This document shows positions 58,654 through 64,000 of a stretch of 64,000 nucleotides of DNA, piece by piece. The position numbers and the translations under genes were made by a program. The stretch comes from a virus (lineage: Duplodnaviria; Heunggongvirae; Uroviricota; Caudoviricetes), in the IMG/VR virus record IMGVR_UViG_3300035520_000350, positions 160,466 to 224,465 of that record. One strand, given 5' to 3'. A model generated the notes under the pieces. The model saw only the letters and a program-made list of their open reading frames with translations, did no database searches and was not told where the DNA came from. Every line of letters starts with the position of its first letter. Positions within the stretch are counted from its first letter, which is position 1.

Positions 58654-60450
58654 TTATTCTTCACTGGACTCTGTAGACGAGGTATCTGTATTATCGATGA
58701 TATAGATATCGAACAGCTCTGTCTGAGCCCAATCCTTAAACGCGAACTTAAGCGATGCATAGAAGATCTTGTGATGTGACATGATACTGTCCTGAGTATA
58801 CTCGAAGGTAAGAATATCGAAGTTACTCTTGAATCCTTTAAGTACTTCCTCAACTGCATCTGCATAGGTAGAGAAGTCCGCATTGTCGATGAAGGTATAT
58901 CTCTTCTTCGGGCAAGCTGTACGTACGGAACGAACAACCTCCTGGACTGCCAGAGTATTATTTACATAAGACAACTGGCTATATGCCTCCTGAGCAGTAT
59001 ACAGACTCTGCACTACGCAATCTCCAGACTGGAATACAGCGTAGTTAACCTTAAGATCATCCATCATCTGTTTCTGATTCATAGTAGGAGTAATACGCGG
59101 TGTGTAGCAGATTGTTCCATCGATCGCACTCTCCAGAATGAATCCATTAGCAATTCCTGCCTCCGGATTGTAGATACCGTTATCAAAAGCAGCTACAAGA
59201 CAAGCAGCAAAGTCATACATCATTGTTACCGGAATACGTTTCTTTGTATCCGGATCATAGATCTGATACCAGGTCATGTAATTCGCAATGAAGTTGTTGT
59301 TTGTTGTGAACTTGTTGAGTACCTCAACTGTTGTTCCATAAGAATCTGCATCTAAGCAGAAGTCACGGAAGTATACGCAGTCTTTACGGAAGGATACAAG
59401 CTGTGCGATTGTTTCCTTAACTGAATAAGGATAGCAAGCATCCACAACTGCACCGATATGATACTCGTCAAGATCATAGATAGCATTGTCATACTCACCA
59501 CCGAAGAAGTCATTAAGAGCTTCTTCCCAAGCAGTAGTATCTTTCGGAGCATCACCAAATTCTCCGTTGGAGCCGCCCTGAAGTGCAATACCATAAGTTA
59601 CACCCATATCAATGCTTTCTGCATCTACAGTTACTCCATCAAGAGAAGCTCCCTTAATGGTAAGCATATTGATCAGGTCATACTTAGATACTGTGTCTTC
59701 ATCAAGACCCAGAGCCTCAGCAATCTCAGATCTGTACTCATCAAAGATATCAGAATCTACATAGAACTTAACCTGTGTAGCGGTATCTTCTTCAAGACCG
59801 TACTGAGTATTTCCATAAACAGTACTATCAATTGTAGCCGTAACACTATCAGTTCTGGTAGTTCCTTCGTATACAGCAACAGTAAAGAACTGCTTACCCA
59901 TAGCCTGAGAGATCTCGGAACTACGTGAGAAGCATACTGCCTTGCTGGACTTTCCACGACCATTGTCAGCAACAATGATCAGCGGGAATACCTTATTCTC
60001 TGCATCGTAAAGCTTAAGAGCAGCCGTTTTTACATCCTCAAATGAATAACAGTTCTCGATATAAGAAGCTGTAATCTTAAGAGTAGTCTTAGTAGCCGCA
60101 GTAACTTCCGAATCAGAAGCTGCAGATGCCGTAGTATCTGTAGTAAGCTGAGCGAGAAATACGATATTTGCTAATGTAGCATCATCAGCAACAATACGCT
60201 TAACAAGCAATTCTCCACCTGCATCAATAATCCTAGCCGCCTGAATAGCAGCCTGACCATGATTCTTATACAGGTTTTCAGTTCCGAAAAGATTATAGAA
60301 ATTAGACCCAGTAACTCTAGTCATTTCCTCAGGTCCCTTATCAAAGCTTGAAGCCGTGAGAAACAATGTACTGTTATCGACAGTAGTTGTAGTGTCTTCT
60401 GTCTCTATAGTATTATCAATCCAAGGATTGATCACTGTACCAGGATACAT
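58654..60450 (-). CDS. tail sheath protein
   Basis: MYPG start, FDKGP, LFG, LLVKRIV, LQGGSNG, RKDC, LSYVNN sheath-type motifs; start 60450 after AAGGAGG. Confidence 0.75.
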   Translation of the reverse strand: MYPGTVINPWIDNTIETEDTTTTVDNSTLFLTASSFDKGPEEMTRVTGSNFYNLFGTENLYKNHGQAAIQAARIIDAGGELLVKRIVADDATLANIVFLAQLTTDTTASAASDSEVTAATKTTLKITASYIENCYSFEDVKTAALKLYDAENKVFPLIIVADNGRGKSSKAVCFSRSSEISQAMGKQFFTVAVYEGTTRTDSVTATIDSTVYGNTQYGLEEDTATQVKFYVDSDIFDEYRSEIAEALGLDEDTVSKYDLINMLTIKGASLDGVTVDAESIDMGVTYGIALQGGSNGEFGDAPKDTTAWEEALNDFFGGEYDNAIYDLDEYHIGAVVDACYPYSVKETIAQLVSFRKDCVYFRDFCLDADSYGTTVEVLNKFTTNNNFIANYMTWYQIYDPDTKKRIPVTMMYDFAACLVAAFDNGIYNPEAGIANGFILESAIDGTICYTPRITPTMNQKQMMDDLKVNYAVFQSGDCVVQSLYTAQEAYSQLSYVNNTLAVQEVVRSVRTACPKKRYTFIDNADFSTYADAVEEVLKGFKSNFDILTFEYTQDSIMSHHKIFYASLKFAFKDWAQTELFDIYIIDNTDTSSTESSEE

Positions 60451-60513
60451 GTTTTTACCTCCTTTTAAGAATATTTTATTGGATTCAAAGACAGTGTGGC
60501 GTCTGTCTCGATC

Positions 60514-60527
60514 TTTATGTATATGTT
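60514..60527 (-). promoter_or_regulatory. late-type promoter AACA-N6-TAA
   Basis: minus strand AACA-tataca-TAAA upstream of the sheath gene. Confidence 0.7.
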
Positions 60528-60556
60528 CTTTTTTACAATGGAAGGAGGGACAAAAA

Positions 60557-60586
60557 GAGGTATAGGAGATTATACTCCTATACCTC
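60557..60586 (-). terminator. intrinsic terminator
   Basis: GAGGTATAGGAG...CTCCTATACCTC with T-run on the minus strand. Confidence 0.75.
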
Positions 60587-60592
60587 AATACA

Positions 60593-61321
60593 TCAACCGG
60601 TTACAACCTTTTCAAGTGGACTATACTTAATATCCTTATCATCAATAAGGATAGCTGCTCTTAAGCTTTCATCTAACTGCTCTGAAGCAAGAGCCACATA
60701 TGGTGATACATAGTTAGGTGTAGTCTTGATAGATACTGGTTTATATCCATTCATATCCTTCATATCTGTAGTATAGAATGGTTTACTTACATCATCAGGA
60801 TCTCTACACAGTTCAGCCCACAGTATACCAAACAACTGCATAGATAATGCAAAACTATCACCATTTAGGTTAAGAGACTCTTCAAAGTATTCATGACCTA
60901 CATCATATCTTATAGTAGTAGGAATACGTCCTGTAATAACAAGTAGTCTGAATACATCCTCTACATTGTCTACAATCTCCGGTACTCTTACCTGAGATAC
61001 TACTTCGTCTCCTTTAGAGAAGTGTAATACTCTATAGTCTTTCTCTTCTTTAGACTTACCTAACTTTAATTTCTTAGCCTTATCAATGTATCTAGGCTTG
61101 CATAAGAATACAGTAGGAAATCTAAATGGTTTTACTTCACCTACCTTACCAGTAGGAGATATAATAGCATAGTCGCATATACCAATAAGAGATACATAAG
61201 AACCAGCTATTTCAATCATGTTAGTCTTAAAGAAGTCTTCCGGTACATAGTATACCATCTCTCCGTCTAAATCAAATACGAGAGAATCCCCAACTCTCTT
61301 TAAGAAATTAGGTACTTCCAT
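60593..61321 (-). CDS. probable RNA polymerase beta-prime extreme C-terminal fragment (virion RNAP)
   Basis: FGILWAELCRD and SPYVALASEQLDESLRAAIL...SPLEKVVTG resemble rpoC HIEVIVRQM and SxLSAASFQETTRVLTEAAI...LKENVIVG. Confidence 0.55.
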   Translation of the reverse strand: MEVPNFLKRVGDSLVFDLDGEMVYYVPEDFFKTNMIEIAGSYVSLIGICDYAIISPTGKVGEVKPFRFPTVFLCKPRYIDKAKKLKLGKSKEEKDYRVLHFSKGDEVVSQVRVPEIVDNVEDVFRLLVITGRIPTTIRYDVGHEYFEESLNLNGDSFALSMQLFGILWAELCRDPDDVSKPFYTTDMKDMNGYKPVSIKTTPNYVSPYVALASEQLDESLRAAILIDDKDIKYSPLEKVVTG

Positions 61322-61357
61322 CTCTATTCACCTCCGATTACATCCCAGTCTTCCATA

Positions 61358-61501
61358 TTAGAACCACCTTTCACCACAATGCTTACATTCATAAACCATG
61401 TGATCTATCTCCATATCAAAGAATACAGATCTCATATCTTCACCACATCTAGGGCATTTACATTTGAAGAAGTGTACTACTTTCTTAATTAGACTCTTCA
61501 T
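61358..61501 (-). CDS. 47 aa Zn-ribbon protein (not in ORF track)
   Basis: MKSLIKKVVHFFKCKCPRCGEDMRSVFFDMEIDHMVYECKHCGERWF; ATGA-coupled to upstream ORF. Confidence 0.7.
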   Translation of the reverse strand: MKSLIKKVVHFFKCKCPRCGEDMRSVFFDMEIDHMVYECKHCGERWF

Positions 61502-61824
61502 GGTTTACTATTAGCCTTGTTCCTTCTCTTTTCAAATTTTTCACGCTTCTTTTTGAGCTCTTTAGCTTTCTTAACAGCAAGTTCTGCTTCTTCAATGGTT
61601 AATCCTACTTCTGCATTATCAGTACAATCTTTATTCAGTAGATTTTCATCACATGTCTGAATGAGAAAAGTGTGGTTTTGAATTTGATAAAAGATTTTCA
61701 ATCTCTGAGTATAACTGGTACGCTTAATCACTCTTCTCTTATATCTGACTCCTTCTACATTGTCAGCTACTTTCTTAAAGCCCAACTCAGCAAGCTTATC
61801 ATCTGTTGATTTGAATAACTTCAT
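61498..61824 (-). CDS. hypothetical basic protein
   Basis: GGAGG RBS; AACT-N6-TAAT promoter variant at 61845-61858. Confidence 0.7.
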   Translation of the reverse strand: MKLFKSTDDKLAELGFKKVADNVEGVRYKRRVIKRTSYTQRLKIFYQIQNHTFLIQTCDENLLNKDCTDNAEVGLTIEEAELAVKKAKELKKKREKFEKRRNKANSKP

Positions 61825-61888
61825 ACATACACCTCCATATAATCATTACATAGAAGTTGAACTTATGATGTTTAAATATGAGTAGTGA

Positions 61889-61896
61889 TATATTAT
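61889..61896 (+). promoter_or_regulatory. early-type promoter TATATTAT
   Basis: recurrent motif. Confidence 0.6.
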
Positions 61897-61921
61897 ACAT
61901 ATAGGAAAGGAGGATAAAAGA

Positions 61922-62317
61922 ATGAAATTAACAGAAGAACAGATTATGATAGCTATGGTATGGTGGCTTAACAGAATAACTGATAAAGCACCTAGATTCT
62001 ACTATGATTATTCATACCCAGAGATAGCAGAAGAGCCTACTGGAAAGAAATGTATTAGACTAGTACGTATAGAATTCTTTAAGTACTATCTGAACTGTTT
62101 ATTGCATGATGTAAGTAAAGAGAATTTGATTACAGATGATTTCTGTCTTACTTATGATGAGAATGATACAAAAAACATACTGTATCAAGCTTTATATTTA
62201 TCACACTTATCACCTGCATTTGTACCACGTAATACTAAAATGATCTTTAAAGATGATAGTGTATATGTATCAATGTATGGGAATGAGTATATAAGAATTA
62301 CTGAGGCTGATGAGTAA
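61922..62317 (+). CDS. hypothetical early protein
   Basis: AAGGAGG RBS, own promoter and hairpin. Confidence 0.7.
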   Translation: MKLTEEQIMIAMVWWLNRITDKAPRFYYDYSYPEIAEEPTGKKCIRLVRIEFFKYYLNCLLHDVSKENLITDDFCLTYDENDTKNILYQALYLSHLSPAFVPRNTKMIFKDDSVYVSMYGNEYIRITEADE

Positions 62318-62324
62318 GAAAGGA

Positions 62325-62350
62325 GGGGTAGCCTATTACTAGACTACCCC
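62325..62350. terminator. hairpin between convergent genes
   Basis: GGGGTAG...CTACCCC. Confidence 0.55.
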
Positions 62351-62386
62351 AATTATGAAGAAAAGAATTAAAACAAGCAACCGATT

Positions 62387-62944
62387 TTATTTTTTGTTTG
62401 TGACTGCCACTTTAAGCTTCTCCGGAGTAACAACCACCTTTGATGTACCAGGGTTATCTCTATCCGGAACACTCTTGTTGTGAGCCTCTACTGTCTTAAG
62501 GTTAATGGTAGCCTCGACACGCGGATCAGATACAACATTCAGCTTTCTTCCGGTCTGCAGATATGTACCGACGAAGTCCTTACTGATGTTGATGAAATGT
62601 GTTGCGTCTTTCTTTGTGAACTCATGGTTCTGAGACATAGCTAATGCCTCAGATGAGGTCATGCCGGTGATCGAAGATAATGTATCTACCGTAAGTTGGA
62701 TGGCTTCTTTTCGCGGACTGCGGCTTCCTACATAGCCGTCTTTACGATCAAAGATACCGATAGCAAACTCTTTGTCATTGAGCATAGACTGCATTACAGC
62801 AACCTCATCTGCTCTGTTTGTAGATGTCTGAGTCGTCTTATTGACAATATCATCAATCAACTTGTCTGTAGCTGTATCCGTCTTCTCCGGATAGCCTTCA
62901 ATGTTCTTTCTACTGAATTTTACTGCTTTGTTATTCATTTCCAT
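62387..62944 (-). CDS. hypothetical protein, possible HU-like arm at the C-terminus
   Basis: GGAGG RBS, optimised codons; VEAHNKSVPDRDNPGTSKVVVTPEKLKV loosely resembles the HU beta-arm. Confidence 0.6.
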   Translation of the reverse strand: MEMNNKAVKFSRKNIEGYPEKTDTATDKLIDDIVNKTTQTSTNRADEVAVMQSMLNDKEFAIGIFDRKDGYVGSRSPRKEAIQLTVDTLSSITGMTSSEALAMSQNHEFTKKDATHFINISKDFVGTYLQTGRKLNVVSDPRVEATINLKTVEAHNKSVPDRDNPGTSKVVVTPEKLKVAVTNKK

Positions 62945-62953
62945 TTCCTCCGT

Positions 62954-63313
62954 TTAATCAATTTTACACATTTCACCATGTTCAACACTGCATTTATCAC
63001 AGTTGTTAAAGCATGGGATCATGTGATAATAGCTTTTGAAGATAAGAGCTCTCTGTTGCATAGTTAATTTAAGCAACTCATTACAGACAAGTCTTACCAA
63101 CTCTTTCTCTTCACGATATTGATATTCTTCTTCATCACATAACTCAAGGACACGATTGATGGTATTGTCATCGAAGTTGTTATCATCAACTAAGGTATGA
63201 GCCATACCTCCACATGAACAGCCATCAATATCGTATATTGTAGATATGAGAGTCTTAACAGTATTAAGATGCGGTGTAAAGTACTTACACGCTTCAATAC
63301 CAACTTTACCCAT
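62954..63313 (-). CDS. Cys-rich hypothetical protein
   Basis: CSCGG.AH...DD.N, C-terminal CxxxCxxC; GGAGG RBS. Confidence 0.7.
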   Translation of the reverse strand: MGKVGIEACKYFTPHLNTVKTLISTIYDIDGCSCGGMAHTLVDDNNFDDNTINRVLELCDEEEYQYREEKELVRLVCNELLKLTMQQRALIFKSYYHMIPCFNNCDKCSVEHGEMCKID

Positions 63314-63329
63314 ATTCTGTATCCTCCGT

Positions 63330-63479
63330 TTACTGTAGATCTAAGTCTACTATTCTTTGAAGCTCTTCATTGTTCTGATCTTCAATATACTTCTTCAGAT
63401 GTTCTTTGAAGACCTCTTTAGTGATTGTGCTATAGTACTTACTTTTGTCTATGGTAAGTACGTATCTACTCTTATCCAT
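63330..63479 (-). CDS. 49 aa hypothetical protein (not in ORF track)
   Basis: MDKSRYVLTIDKSKYY...DLQ; AGGAG RBS; fills the gap in a minus-strand operon. Confidence 0.55.
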   Translation of the reverse strand: MDKSRYVLTIDKSKYYSTITKEVFKEHLKKYIEDQNNEELQRIVDLDLQ

Positions 63480-63488
63480 CTCAATCTC

Positions 63489-63935
63489 CTACTCGATAAA
63501 GATAGACGGGAAGTCTTCAAGATCATAAAGATAAGCAAGCTGTCGGTACTTTATCATACCATTACCGATCTTAAACTTTCTTGTTCCATCAGGTTGCTCT
63601 TCACATATAAGTTGTCCTAAATACGGAACAGCAACCTCTTTCGCAAGTTGTTCTTTGGTTCCATGCTTTAATACTACCCTGTGATGTTCCTCTCCAAACT
63701 GCTCCTTATGGAACTTAAGTTCTTTAAAGGTATGCTTACCATCAGCCTCTTTGTACTTAATGATGGTAGGATCAAAGATAGGGCAATTAGGATCGAGATA
63801 CTGCTCATATCCTTCGTATCCAGGATCAAAGATCTGCCCTAATATATCACCTTTATCATAGACAGTGTCATCCTCTTCCCAGCCTTCTTCATCGTGTAAT
63901 ATGACATTATCTGCCATGAATTCAACTATATTCAT
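63489..63935 (-). CDS. hypothetical acidic protein
   Basis: 148 aa, AAGGAG RBS. Confidence 0.7.
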   Translation of the reverse strand: MNIVEFMADNVILHDEEGWEEDDTVYDKGDILGQIFDPGYEGYEQYLDPNCPIFDPTIIKYKEADGKHTFKELKFHKEQFGEEHHRVVLKHGTKEQLAKEVAVPYLGQLICEEQPDGTRKFKIGNGMIKYRQLAYLYDLEDFPSIFIE

Positions 63936-64000
63936 AATTATAGTTGCTCCTTTCTTTCACTTGTATTCCATACAAGCTTTCTTCTTTTATTTTATCTTCC

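Noticed and set aside
678-63620. Many short antisense or overlapping ORFs in the track (e.g. 12545-13087, 30511-30957, 59458-59928)
   Set aside because: Shadow frames of real genes, without RBS or motifs
1-64000. Stop-codon reassignment as in some gut jumbo phages
   Set aside because: Conserved genes are full length in the standard code and TAA, TAG and TGA all end genes at plausible positions
1-64000. CRISPR array, tRNA or rRNA genes
   Set aside because: No spaced direct repeats or cloverleaf sequences noticed by eye; the Cas4-like nuclease at 1907 has no cas context
1-64000. Bacterial chromosome (gyrAB, recA, ligA, rpo genes)
   Set aside because: RNAP genes are split, divergent and duplicated, mixed with portal and sheath genes, and use phage-type promoters
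1-64000. Phage nucleus shell or PhuZ tubulin gene
   Set aside because: No tubulin GGGTGSG-type motif or recognisable shell protein seen here, so nucleus formation cannot be claimed

Overview
64 kb of an AT-rich jumbo phage genome of the phiKZ/AR9-type lineage (split multisubunit RNA polymerases), probably infecting a Firmicute (strong AGGAGG ribosome-binding sites, Clostridia-like thyA). It encodes five split RNAP pieces, DnaB, SF2 and Dda/RecD helicases, RecA, SbcC/SbcD, NAD-dependent ligase, a type IIA topoisomerase pair, the N-terminal half of a split family B DNA polymerase, thyA/folA and a late block (portal, tail tube, sheath, holin-like). Two ORF-less group I introns (gyrB TOPRIM motif; PolB motif A) and a mini-intein at the GyrA Ser83 position could be mapped to the nucleotide. 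Two promoter classes recur: TATATTA(T/C) and AACA-N6-TAA. The most novel signal is a short peptide motif, roughly C-P-[IV]-[YV]-[YFDN], appended to tails or insertions of at least eight unrelated replication/transcription proteins but not seen in virion proteins: a candidate docking or targeting signal. All calls are from reading motifs by eye; no searches were run.
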